From a virus (Duplodnaviria > Caudoviricetes): a DNA stretch of 64,000 nt. A program made the translations under genes and the position numbers. The DNA lies in IMG/VR virus record IMGVR_UViG_3300021400_000103; one strand, 5' to 3'. The notes under the pieces are model-generated. The model was not told where the DNA came from. It ran no database searches and was given only the letters and a program-made list of their open reading frames with translations. Shown piece by piece: positions 10,722 through 20,869 of this stretch. Each line of letters begins with the position of its first letter. Within the stretch, counting starts at the first letter, position 1.

Positions 10722-10769
10722 ACACAACATATTGTGTTTTTAATTCATTTTAACGACTATATATAGAGT
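10722..10769. promoter_or_regulatory. Tandem NrdR-box-like pair
   Basis: ACACAACATATTGTGT (10722) and CGACTATATATAGAGT (10754), starts 32 bp apart; both resemble acaCwAtATaTwGtgt. Confidence 0.5.
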
Positions 10770-10835
10770 CTACATAAAGTAAAATGGGCGGATAATTTTT
10801 CCCGCCCTATTATTATTTTAAAAAGGAGGTGCGCG

Positions 10836-11483
10836 ATGTATACAATAGTAATGGATAAATATAAAAATCTTAACACTACTATACGTACTACTATCTTCCA
10901 AAAAGAATCGTTAGTAGATAAGATACAGTTTCTCATACCGCCACAGTATGAAGATATTGAAAATCTCCGTGATTATAATGCTACATTGAAATATGTGGAT
11001 CCAAACGGAAATTTTCATTCTGAAGTTCTGGCGTGTGACGATGAAACTTATAAGAATTACTTGAGATATGTGTTGCCGGTAGACACCAAGTTAACGGATG
11101 TAGCTGGTACAGTAACAGCACGACTTACATTTATTGGATTCAGTAATGATTCCAATGATACCGATGTCTATAAGTTGGAATCCAACTCTACTACCATCCA
11201 CGTTAATAAACCAGACGGATTTAATGATTGGATTAATGGCGAAGATTTTGAAGCGTATAAACAAGAAATAGCAAAATTGAAATCGGAAATGCCAACAGAC
11301 TTAGAGATTGGGGAACATGAAAATTTACACATGGTTCATGATGGCACAAAAATAGGTGAAGGCGTTGAAATTTTATTGCCAACACAATTTGAAGAACTTG
11401 ATGATGATAAAGACGGTATTTCAGATGTAGATAATATGAGACAAAATCCACAACCACAAAATAGTAACTTTATAGAATTATAA
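10836..11483 (+). CDS. Putative BppU-like structural protein
   Basis: RBS aggagg; LPVDTKLT..AG.V motif; tail context. Confidence 0.5.
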   Translation: MYTIVMDKYKNLNTTIRTTIFQKESLVDKIQFLIPPQYEDIENLRDYNATLKYVDPNGNFHSEVLACDDETYKNYLRYVLPVDTKLTDVAGTVTARLTFIGFSNDSNDTDVYKLESNSTTIHVNKPDGFNDWINGEDFEAYKQEIAKLKSEMPTDLEIGEHENLHMVHDGTKIGEGVEILLPTQFEELDDDKDGISDVDNMRQNPQPQNSNFIEL

Positions 11484-11501
11484 GAAGGGAGGACAAATAA
11501 T

Positions 11502-12095
11502 ATGTTGACTCCTATTTTTACGCACGGAACTTATGCCAATACTCAAAAAGCAATTGATGAAGGCAAGTTGAAGTATCCTGCTTATTGTTGGTGTTCAGAC
11601 GTTCAGCAGTATGGATTTGTTAACAAAGATAATAAACTTGAAATTATTGGTATACCGGAACTCGCTGGAACAGCTCAAGATATGGTTATTTTGTCTACAT
11701 TGAATGATGGTATATATCAAGTGAGTGGTCAATATACAATTACAGCTGATTATCCAACCATATTTCTTTCTACTTCGGATGATTTATGTATAGTACAAAC
11801 GATTGATGAAAAGAAAATTGTAAAACGGATTACAGCTAATGAGATTGCAAATTATGTAATAGAAGATGATTTATCTGTAACCACATCAATTGTTGCTACT
11901 CAAGAGTGGATTAAGGAACAAGGATATGCAGATGAAGAATATATTGATTATAAGATGGAAATCTTAAAACACGAATTAGAAGATGAAATTGATGAACTTG
12001 TAAGACCAGTTGTAAAGCCAATTTGTGAGGAAGTTATTGATGAGACAATACAACCAATTGATGACCAAGACATTGAGTCATTGTTTAACAACTAA
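11502..12095 (+). CDS. Hypothetical virion-associated protein
   Basis: RBS; ends in ID..DIESLF like the neighbouring 12177 gene. Confidence 0.45.
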   Translation: MLTPIFTHGTYANTQKAIDEGKLKYPAYCWCSDVQQYGFVNKDNKLEIIGIPELAGTAQDMVILSTLNDGIYQVSGQYTITADYPTIFLSTSDDLCIVQTIDEKKIVKRITANEIANYVIEDDLSVTTSIVATQEWIKEQGYADEEYIDYKMEILKHELEDEIDELVRPVVKPICEEVIDETIQPIDDQDIESLFNN

Positions 12096-12176
12096 TTATT
12101 GTTAATTGCACAAAAGCATGATGCTAATGTGTAATAATATAAATATTTTTCTTATTTTGAAAGGAGAAAAACTATT

Positions 12177-13547
12177 ATGGCAGCAAAACAATATATGACA
12201 TTATCTAACTTAACAAGTTATGATACACTAATCAAGCAGTACATTGGTACAGAAGACGCGAAGTCAATTAAGAGTATCTCAATTTCTGGGAATACCGTCA
12301 GCTTCTTCAAGACAGCAGACGCATCTGGAACCGCAGCATATACCGTGAACATGCCGGATGTCAGCGGATTTATGGATAAAATTGCAAGTGCATCTGGTTC
12401 TAAAGTAGTTGTTTCAACATCTGCTGGACAGGTAGCAGAGTCTTCAATTGCCGTCAGTGATGTAGCTACAAAGAGTTATGCTGACCAAGCAGCACAGGAT
12501 GCGGCAAATAGCAAGGATGCAGCTATCCAAGCGGCACAAGACGCCTCTGACGCAGCACAGACTGATGTTGACGCACTTGAGACACTTGTTGGTTCTATTC
12601 CTCAAGGGGCAACAGCAACAACTGTTGTTGGGTATGCAGAGGAAGTTGCTGACGCAGTAGCAGACGATCTTGATGCACTGGACTCTTCTCTTTCAGCAGT
12701 TGCTAAGAGTGGAGCTGCTTCTGATGTAGTATATGATAATACTACTTCTGGTTTATCTGCTGATGATGTGCAGGAGGCAATTGATGCTCTTGCTAATGCA
12801 TCTCAAGGTGGCGTGGCATCCAAGACTGTATATCTGCGAGATGAAAGTGCCGGACAGTCTGCTTATGCAAAGGTATATAAACTGTATCAGGGTGCCAATG
12901 CTCCGGATGCTCAGTCAGATCCCGCTGCTCTTATTGGGACTATAAACATTCCTTTAGATAAGGTTGTTCAAGACGGTCATGTTGTAACCGTTGAAGATGG
13001 AGTTGATAGTGATGGTGATACTGTTCCTTCAGGTACTGCTGATGGTATATATGTAAAGCTTACATTCCAAAATGTATCTACTCCGGTCTATATAAATGTT
13101 GAAGATCTCGTAGATGTTTATACAGGTGGAACAACTGCTGAAGCTACCGTATCTATTTCTAACACTAATGAGATCACTGTGACTATTAACGAGATTAATG
13201 GTTCTAAGCTTGCAGCTACATCTGTAGCAAAGGGCAAGCTTGATACCGCTGTTCAGAATTCTCTTGACCTTGCTGATAGTGCGGTACAGAGTGTAGCTGA
13301 AGGTAGTGCTAATGGTACAGTTTCTGTTGATGGAACTGACGTTGCAGTACATGGTCTTGGTAGTGCCGCTTACACGGCTTCTACCGCTTATGACGCATCT
13401 GGCGCTGCTGCAACTGCTAAATCTGAAGTTATTGGTGAGTCTACAGACACAGCAAGCGCAAATACAATTTATGGCGCTAAGGCATATGCGGATGCAAGTA
13501 CAGAACCAATTGCAACAAGTGATATCGAAGCATTATTTACTTCGTAA
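12177..13547 (+). CDS. Ala/Ser/Thr-rich fibre-like structural protein
   Basis: 456 aa with fibre-like composition; N-terminus resembles that of the 14754 gene. Confidence 0.5.
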   Translation: MAAKQYMTLSNLTSYDTLIKQYIGTEDAKSIKSISISGNTVSFFKTADASGTAAYTVNMPDVSGFMDKIASASGSKVVVSTSAGQVAESSIAVSDVATKSYADQAAQDAANSKDAAIQAAQDASDAAQTDVDALETLVGSIPQGATATTVVGYAEEVADAVADDLDALDSSLSAVAKSGAASDVVYDNTTSGLSADDVQEAIDALANASQGGVASKTVYLRDESAGQSAYAKVYKLYQGANAPDAQSDPAALIGTINIPLDKVVQDGHVVTVEDGVDSDGDTVPSGTADGIYVKLTFQNVSTPVYINVEDLVDVYTGGTTAEATVSISNTNEITVTINEINGSKLAATSVAKGKLDTAVQNSLDLADSAVQSVAEGSANGTVSVDGTDVAVHGLGSAAYTASTAYDASGAAATAKSEVIGESTDTASANTIYGAKAYADASTEPIATSDIEALFTS

Positions 13548-13580
13548 TCCGTAGAGTATAATACTCATATTTGTATAACT

Positions 13581-13610
13581 GGAGAGCGGTCATCGTACCG
13601 CTCTCCTTTT
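13581..13610 (+). terminator. Rho-independent terminator
   Basis: ggagagcggt-catcgt-accgctctcc-tttt. Confidence 0.7.
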
Positions 13611-13634
13611 CTAATGAATAAAAGGAGAAATAAT

Positions 13635-14666
13635 ATGGGAAGACATATTATCAAACATAAGATCATAAGTGAAGAATCGTGTTCTAATATTTTACCAGAG
13701 AATAAGGAATTAATGGACGACTTTCTTCGTTATTTAAAATCTATTGATAGGTCACCAACAACAATTGAAGCATACACTTCAGACTTGAATATATTTTTTG
13801 TTTATAACTTAGAAAATAACAACAATAAAAGATTTCCAGATATTACAAAACGTGAATTTATTCGTTTCCAAGACCACGCACTTAACGAGTGGCAATGGAG
13901 TCCTAGGCGTTTACGCCGAGTAAAATCTGCAATCTCTTCTCTCTCCAATTATATTGAAAATGTATTAGATGAAGATCCTAAATATGCTAACTATAAGAGT
14001 TCTATTAGAAAAATAGAATCACCAGTTAACCAACCAGTATTAGATAAGACAATATTTACAAACGAAGAACTACAGAAATTATTGGATTATTTGGTATCTA
14101 AAAAACGTTATCGTCAAGCGGCGGTATTGTCATTGTGTATGAATTCTGGTAGACGTAGGAGTGAAATACCAAGGTTTAAGACGGAATATTTTACTGATGA
14201 TAATGTAATATTCGGTTCATTATGGAAGACACCGGAGAAAGTAAAAACTAAAGGTCGTGGTTCTAAGGGTAAACAAATACATCTATATGTGCTCAAAAAA
14301 CAGTTTGAGCCTTACCTTAAACTCTGGATGGATTACAGAAAAGAAAATGGCATAGAAAGTGAATGGTTATTCCCAAATATGAACGACTATTCTAAGCCAA
14401 TGAGTACCGAAACGATGCGCATGTGGGTAAAACCATTCAGCAGATTTCTCGGTAAAGATTTTTACTGGCATTCGTTACGGCATTACTTTACTACCGAATT
14501 AGTCAGAAATGATATTCCTGCTAACGTTATTAAAGAAATGATTAATTGGGAAACAACAGATATGGTAGACTTATATACCGACCTTTCATCTGATGATTTA
14601 TTTGGAAAATACTTTGATGAAAACGGAATAAAGAAAATACAATATAGATCCGTCGCTAACTTATAG
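13635..14666 (+). CDS. Tyrosine recombinase (XerC/D-like) inside the tail module
   Basis: SAM-like N-domain; catalytic set present: SGRRRSE (R), KTKG (K), HSLRH, NW, DLY (Y); RBS aaggag before ATG 13635. Confidence 0.9.
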   Translation: MGRHIIKHKIISEESCSNILPENKELMDDFLRYLKSIDRSPTTIEAYTSDLNIFFVYNLENNNNKRFPDITKREFIRFQDHALNEWQWSPRRLRRVKSAISSLSNYIENVLDEDPKYANYKSSIRKIESPVNQPVLDKTIFTNEELQKLLDYLVSKKRYRQAAVLSLCMNSGRRRSEIPRFKTEYFTDDNVIFGSLWKTPEKVKTKGRGSKGKQIHLYVLKKQFEPYLKLWMDYRKENGIESEWLFPNMNDYSKPMSTETMRMWVKPFSRFLGKDFYWHSLRHYFTTELVRNDIPANVIKEMINWETTDMVDLYTDLSSDDLFGKYFDENGIKKIQYRSVANL

Positions 14667-14753
14667 CGACTTTTTTATTGCTTTACCAATTTCGCGCATA
14701 GATTAATCAATTTGGTAAAGTAATAAACTATAACACAAGAAAGGAGAAATGTC

Positions 14754-15812
14754 ATGTCAAAGCAATTTCTCGACTTGAACGGATTGACAACGTACCATAA
14801 TGGTGTCAAGGGATATGTCGAAGACCAAATTCCTCAATCCAACTGGACACAATCCGACAATACAAAGAAAGACTTTATTAAAAATAAGCCAACCCTTGGC
14901 ACAGCTTCTGGCAAAGATGTACCTACTTCTGGAAATGCGTCATCCAGCCAAGTTGTAATGGGTAACGATTCTCGTCTAAGTGATAGTCGTACACCAAAAT
15001 CACATACACATACGAAATCTGAAATTACAGACTTCCCATCTCTTGGAACTGCATCTGCAAAGGATGTACCTTCTTCTGGTAACGCCTCTGCAACACAGGT
15101 CGTTATGGGAGATGATACAAGATTATCCGATGCTCGACAAGCATCTGATGTATATACTTGGGCAAAGCAATCTACAAAACCAACTTATACTGCATCTGAA
15201 GTAGGTGCAATCGCAACTACTGCAAAGGGCGCAAACAACGGTGTTGCTGAACTGGATTCTACTGGTAAAGTACCTAGTTCACAGTTACCGTCGTTCGTAG
15301 ATGATGTTTTGGAATACGATAGTCAATCCGCTTTTCCGTCTACTGGGGAAACTGGAAAGATTTATATTGCGAAGGATACGAATAAGACATATAGATGGGG
15401 CGGAACTGGTTATACAGAGATTAGCCCTTCTCTCGCACTTGGAGAGACATCTGCTACTGCATACCGTGGTGATCGTGGTAAGACCGCATACGACCACTCT
15501 CAAGTAACAAGTGGTAATCCTCATAACGTTACAAAGTCTGATGTAGGCTTAGGTAACGTAGGCAACTTTAAGGCGGTATCTACTGTTGCGTCCCAAGGAC
15601 TTACATCTACGGAACAAGGAAATGCTCGGACAAATATTGGCCTTGGTTCTGCTGCGATTAAGGATGCTCCGTCTAGTGGGAACGCAAGTAGTTCTCAAGT
15701 AGTTTTGGGTAATGATACCAGAGTAACAGATGAACCAGTATTAAGAACTGCATTTGATGCTCTTGGTTTCTCTGTAGTAGACGGCATGCTTTGCCAGACA
15801 TATACAACGTAG
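14754..15812 (+). CDS. Tail fibre protein with internal repeats
   Basis: 3x LG.A..KD.P.SGNAS..QVV.G.D.R repeat; GVAELDSTGKVP.SQLPS.VDDV and NPH.VTK.DVGLGNV fibre motifs. Confidence 0.75.
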   Translation: MSKQFLDLNGLTTYHNGVKGYVEDQIPQSNWTQSDNTKKDFIKNKPTLGTASGKDVPTSGNASSSQVVMGNDSRLSDSRTPKSHTHTKSEITDFPSLGTASAKDVPSSGNASATQVVMGDDTRLSDARQASDVYTWAKQSTKPTYTASEVGAIATTAKGANNGVAELDSTGKVPSSQLPSFVDDVLEYDSQSAFPSTGETGKIYIAKDTNKTYRWGGTGYTEISPSLALGETSATAYRGDRGKTAYDHSQVTSGNPHNVTKSDVGLGNVGNFKAVSTVASQGLTSTEQGNARTNIGLGSAAIKDAPSSGNASSSQVVLGNDTRVTDEPVLRTAFDALGFSVVDGMLCQTYTT

Positions 15813-15825
15813 GAGGTGACGCATT

Positions 15826-17685
15826 ATGAGTAATGTAACAAAACCAGTCATGCGAGATGACACTGGTAAAAGCGTGGCACAGGCACTCGGTAATGTTGCC
15901 ACCGCTATTAATAACATGGACAAAGTACAGTGGGGTCAGGTGAAAGGCACATTGTCTAACCAGACAGACCTTAAGAATAACCTTGATTCTTTACAAGGGC
16001 AGATAGATAGTTTTACTGCACTCACTCCTGGCTCGACAACGGGAGATGCAGAACTTACTAACATCCGTGTAGATTCGTCTGGACACACATATAATACCGC
16101 TGGAGATGCAGTACGTGCCATCGATAGCCAAGTTACAGCAATGAAAACAGGATTTGATGGTGTTGTGTATCCGAGTCCGGCGGCGATGGTACAGGGTGAG
16201 GATCAGAAATTATATAATGCCATAATTGGGAAAACCGTTCCTGTATATCGTCCGAATCTTTCCCATGCTATTCGGTGGATGTTCGGAACAATCGGAATGG
16301 ACGGTGCAGAAAGTTCGTATACAGACCGGATAAAAACCGATTATATTCCGGTGGATGGAATCGCAAGTATTGATGTAAGTGTTTATGATGGAAAAAGATA
16401 CAGTGTAAACTTTTACAATTCAAGTAAAACATTTATAAATCAACCGACAAGCGGATGGGCAACAGACTATGCTAATTACAAAATACCGGATGATATTGCA
16501 TATGTACGTTTTGTTATGTCATATTCAGCGGGCGGGGCGATGAATCTGGCTGATAATAGATTTTTGGATACATTCGGAAATTATTATGCAAAAGATGCAA
16601 GCAACGAAAACCTGAAAAAGATTATTGCCATAGAAGATAGATCAGAGATTTCATTATTTTGGCGAAATGGGTATATTTACGGAAACGGAACCATTGACGA
16701 ATCCGCTTCCATGAATGCATACATATATGTGGTTTCTCCGCAGTCTTTCCCGTTTGATGTATTTGTATTTCCTGATATTGGCTACCAGATCAACGGAAGA
16801 TTATATACTAACCACAATGTATCAACAACGCTCCCGTTTACAACAGGATCATTTTTTATTAAGGCTAATACACAATTTACAATCAACGCATCAAAAGTCC
16901 CGGCTGTAACAGTTAGCGATGTAGATGAGTATGCGACACATATCCATATAATTCCGGCGGTTCACTTCGATCAGGTTCCGATTGTCAGAAAAAACACCTT
17001 AAAGATGGCAGTTTTGGGTGACAGTATATCCACATATTCTGGATATAGCGAAACCGATGAATCATTGAATGCACCATATTATCCCCGTGGAGATGTGAAT
17101 TCCGTAGATTTGACATGGTGGAAAATCGTAGCTGACGCATTACATGCAGATAAGGTTTCAGTAAGTGCGATCAGTCAGTCGGCATATTATGATTATGGCG
17201 AAAGCAAATATCCGCCAGCATATACAGATGCACGGATCACAAGACTGGGAGCAAATGGACAGCCGGATATTATCTTTGTAGCAATGGGAGCAAATGACGG
17301 ATTCGCAAGTCAGACTGCCGACATTTCATTTGATTATGATGTTTCGGCTCTGGAAGAATTGACAAATTCAACAATGCGAGGGATTGCGCTGACCATCAGG
17401 AAAATTCAGACCAGTTATCCTTCCGCCAAAATCGTGCTTGTTATCCCGAAACAGATGAAGATGGCGGATATGCCGACAGGCTACACAAATGAACGTGTGA
17501 ACAAAATCGCAGATTACATCATCGAACTTGGAAAGATTCACGGCGTTAATAAGGTGATCGACCTTCGAAGATGTGGGATAAACCAGAGCAATACCGGATC
17601 ATTCTGTGAAGACGGGGTTATCCATCCGAATGCGGAGGGAATGCGATACATGGCGCAGTATATCATTTCAGAATTAAGGAACTGA
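15826..17685 (+). CDS. Tail-associated protein with C-terminal SGNH/GDSL esterase
   Basis: GDSIS, GAND and DGVIHPN catalytic blocks; N-terminal DAELTNIRV..G.TY.TAGDAVR tail motif. Confidence 0.8.
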   Translation: MSNVTKPVMRDDTGKSVAQALGNVATAINNMDKVQWGQVKGTLSNQTDLKNNLDSLQGQIDSFTALTPGSTTGDAELTNIRVDSSGHTYNTAGDAVRAIDSQVTAMKTGFDGVVYPSPAAMVQGEDQKLYNAIIGKTVPVYRPNLSHAIRWMFGTIGMDGAESSYTDRIKTDYIPVDGIASIDVSVYDGKRYSVNFYNSSKTFINQPTSGWATDYANYKIPDDIAYVRFVMSYSAGGAMNLADNRFLDTFGNYYAKDASNENLKKIIAIEDRSEISLFWRNGYIYGNGTIDESASMNAYIYVVSPQSFPFDVFVFPDIGYQINGRLYTNHNVSTTLPFTTGSFFIKANTQFTINASKVPAVTVSDVDEYATHIHIIPAVHFDQVPIVRKNTLKMAVLGDSISTYSGYSETDESLNAPYYPRGDVNSVDLTWWKIVADALHADKVSVSAISQSAYYDYGESKYPPAYTDARITRLGANGQPDIIFVAMGANDGFASQTADISFDYDVSALEELTNSTMRGIALTIRKIQTSYPSAKIVLVIPKQMKMADMPTGYTNERVNKIADYIIELGKIHGVNKVIDLRRCGINQSNTGSFCEDGVIHPNAEGMRYMAQYIISELRN

Positions 17686-17878
17686 TCGGCCCGTTTACGA
17701 TCGAAAACGATCCGGTGACAGTTACCCCGTAAAACCGTTATTTTATGGGATAAAATTCTTTACTTTATTAAGTGTAAACATTCATACACTTAACATTATT
17801 AAGTATCTTATAACTCTCGCTTAATTATATTAAGCGTTTTTAAGTCGACGGTTCGCCCTTCGTGTAACATATAGTTTA

Positions 17879-17911
17879 AGGGGTTGATGCTTCGGTGTCA
17901 ACTCCTTTTTT
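17879..17911 (+). terminator. Rho-independent terminator
   Basis: ggggttgatgc-ttcg-gtgtcaactcc then T-run. Confidence 0.75.
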
Positions 17912-17938
17912 AATGATAGATAAAAGGAGAAATCTAAT

Positions 17939-20788
17939 ATGAGTCAAATTACAAAACCAGTTATATTAGATGAGACTGGTCAGGACATAGCTACACAAGT
18001 CGAGGCGGTGGTTGCTGCCATCGAGAATCTTGACACATTCAGTGGTAACTATGCTGACCTGAATGGACTACCGACTCTTGGTACTGCTTCTGCTCTTGAT
18101 GTGGCGGCAAGTGGTAATGCATCTTCGAGCCAAGTAGTCAAAGGTAATGATACAAGACTTACAGACGCTAGACCTTCTAGTGATGTAGTTCAAACATATA
18201 ATGCTTCGAGCCAAGTACCTATTAGTGGGAAGGGTGTGGCTGAGGCAATTGATACAGTAGTTCCCACAAAAGAAGTAACAAGTGAAACAGGATCGCGAGT
18301 TATCGAAATCACCGACGGCGCAGACGCACCGCTTGTGAAGTGTACCACCGCCATCCAAGGAAATCAAGATTTGCATGGATATGATAAGCCGTGGGTAGGG
18401 GGTAGCGGAAAAAATAAGTTGCCTCTTGTGTTGAGTGATATTAAGAGTGCTAATACCAACGGAACGTGGAGTGGCAATTCTTACACTCATAATGGTGTTA
18501 CATATACTGTAAACACCGACTCTGATGGGAACATAATTAGCATTTCAACGAGTGGTATTGCAAGTGCAAGGTCATATTTGTTTGTAAAATTAAATTTAGT
18601 GCTAGCGAATGGCGAATATAAAATTAATGGATATAGTGGAGGTGCAAGCACCACAAGCGGTATATCATTTTATTTTGTATATGATTCAGCACAAGCGTCA
18701 CCTGTTTATGTTCGTGATGATAACGGTGCAAACGTGACTATAAATAACGATACAATAACAATAGTAATAAATGTTGGTAATGGTTCGGATGCAAACGGAA
18801 AAAACTATTACCCAATGATTCGACTTGCAACTGAAACAGATACCACTTTCTCCCCCTACTCCAACATCTGCCCCATAACGGCATATACGGAGGGGGAGAT
18901 TGAGGTATGCGGAAAGAACCTTTGCAATCCGAGCAAAGTTACACATCCATCTTCACAGTATATATGGGGATATAAAGGAGAAGGTTTTCTTTTCAGGGCT
19001 GGCACTTCTTATACGCTTTCAATAGATATAGCTGTTGCGAGTACGTCCATTTATTCGGTTGATGAAACCACGCAACTTGCATATGCTTCATCTGTTGGCA
19101 GAGTTACCTATACACCAACAAAAGACACGCTCGGTGTATTGCGGTTCTATGGCGCAACAGCTCTTGATTTTGACAACGCTCATATTCAGCTCGAAATCGG
19201 TACTTCACCAACCACCTACGAGCCGTATAAAGGCACCACCCACACCACCACCTACCCCTCTGCTATATACCGAGGGAGTGAGGATGTGGTGAAGGGTAGT
19301 GTAAGCACAGAAAAGGTAGTAATAGAATTTGATGGTTCATCTGATGAAGATTGGGGAGTCAATACACCTGCACAAGATTTTTATATAATCATACCGAACT
19401 CAAAAAGGTCAACCATTATATGTAATGCATTTAAGGGTGTAGCACCTGTGCGATACGACTCACTTGCCGTGGGCGAGTGTGCATTTGCAAACGTGGGAGA
19501 TATGTATGTAAACTTCCACGCAACGCATGGTGATATGGCAACATGGAAATCATATCTTGCAAGTAATCCGTTGCAAGTTGTGTACGAACCTAATATACCA
19601 ACAACCTCATCCGTCACCCCCACCAACCTACCCATCAAATCACTATTTGGGTATAACCACATAGAGAGCAGTACCGGGGATATGGTAGTCGATTACATCA
19701 CAGAGGAGTATCAGCCGTTGGTTGACCTCATTGAAGATAGTGGTGAGACCGTAGCTCAAACAGCTACCAATACTGATGCTGATTATGAGATATTATTTAG
19801 TGAAACCGCCGATAATACAACCAGAACTGAAGGAGCTAGAAAATCACCAGGTTTGATTTATAATCCTTTAAAACAATCACTCGTTGTTGGCACATTGAAA
19901 TCAGATACCGTTATTGGTTCAAATGCTACTGCATTCGGATCTAGTGTGGCTGCAACCGCTATAGCGGCTCATGCGGAAGGAAGTGGTACAGTTGCAAGCA
20001 AACAGGCTTCTCACGCAGAAGGAGTTGGTGCTAATGCAAACGGTGTTGGTTCTCACGCCGAAGGAGATCATACATCTGCAAATGGGTACGCGTCCCATGC
20101 AGAAGGCGTATCTACAACCGCAGCCGAACACGCCCATGCGGAAGGGAACACCACAACAGCAAGTGGGCAAGCCTCTCATGCAGAAGGAAATCATACAACC
20201 GCAAGTGGTCAGTATTCGCATGCAGAAGGTTATTATGCTAATGCAAATCACAAATCACAACACGTATTTGGTGAACATAATATTGTAGATCCATCAACGG
20301 CTGCGGCCACAGCAAGAGGGACTTACGTAGAAATAGTTGGCAATGGTACTGTTAATACAAAATCAAATGCTCGTACGCTTTCTTGGGATGGTACAGAAAC
20401 ATTAGCTAAAGATCTTAACTTAGCAGGTACGACATCAGACATTATACTTACCGGCACAAACAACACCTGGGATGGTACAAACACATCGTTGAAAAATGCG
20501 CTTGGTCGGTATATTCTTCAGGCGAATGTTCAGGCAACTTGTTATAATACTGGAATGGTGGAAATCACAGTTCCAAGCGGCGTTAGTGCGGATGCTACTG
20601 GGAATTTCTTTAATCATGTTCCGATTATCCAATTGCGTTATAATAATGCTTATGATAATTATTATGTTACAAGTTATCATCGTCAACCTGAGAATGGGAA
20701 ATTAATATTGTATATACGTCAAGGAACAACTGGTCTTTCCGCAAATAAAACTATTTACGCAGATATTTTATGGGTTAAAATTTATTAA
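17939..20788 (+). CDS. Receptor-binding/tail fibre protein with YadA-head-like (SHAEG) repeats
   Basis: About 7 (S/A)HAEG repeats; GKNL/GKNK and QLEIGT..T.YEPY modules; N-terminus paralogous to the 15826 gene. Confidence 0.8.
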   Translation: MSQITKPVILDETGQDIATQVEAVVAAIENLDTFSGNYADLNGLPTLGTASALDVAASGNASSSQVVKGNDTRLTDARPSSDVVQTYNASSQVPISGKGVAEAIDTVVPTKEVTSETGSRVIEITDGADAPLVKCTTAIQGNQDLHGYDKPWVGGSGKNKLPLVLSDIKSANTNGTWSGNSYTHNGVTYTVNTDSDGNIISISTSGIASARSYLFVKLNLVLANGEYKINGYSGGASTTSGISFYFVYDSAQASPVYVRDDNGANVTINNDTITIVINVGNGSDANGKNYYPMIRLATETDTTFSPYSNICPITAYTEGEIEVCGKNLCNPSKVTHPSSQYIWGYKGEGFLFRAGTSYTLSIDIAVASTSIYSVDETTQLAYASSVGRVTYTPTKDTLGVLRFYGATALDFDNAHIQLEIGTSPTTYEPYKGTTHTTTYPSAIYRGSEDVVKGSVSTEKVVIEFDGSSDEDWGVNTPAQDFYIIIPNSKRSTIICNAFKGVAPVRYDSLAVGECAFANVGDMYVNFHATHGDMATWKSYLASNPLQVVYEPNIPTTSSVTPTNLPIKSLFGYNHIESSTGDMVVDYITEEYQPLVDLIEDSGETVAQTATNTDADYEILFSETADNTTRTEGARKSPGLIYNPLKQSLVVGTLKSDTVIGSNATAFGSSVAATAIAAHAEGSGTVASKQASHAEGVGANANGVGSHAEGDHTSANGYASHAEGVSTTAAEHAHAEGNTTTASGQASHAEGNHTTASGQYSHAEGYYANANHKSQHVFGEHNIVDPSTAAATARGTYVEIVGNGTVNTKSNARTLSWDGTETLAKDLNLAGTTSDIILTGTNNTWDGTNTSLKNALGRYILQANVQATCYNTGMVEITVPSGVSADATGNFFNHVPIIQLRYNNAYDNYYVTSYHRQPENGKLILYIRQGTTGLSANKTIYADILWVKIY

Positions 20789-20869
20789 TTACTCTCATAC
20801 TCGTGTTTAACCGCATGGGTGTGATTTTTTAATAGGGGCTAACAACAATCCTCAAAAGGAGGTGATTAA

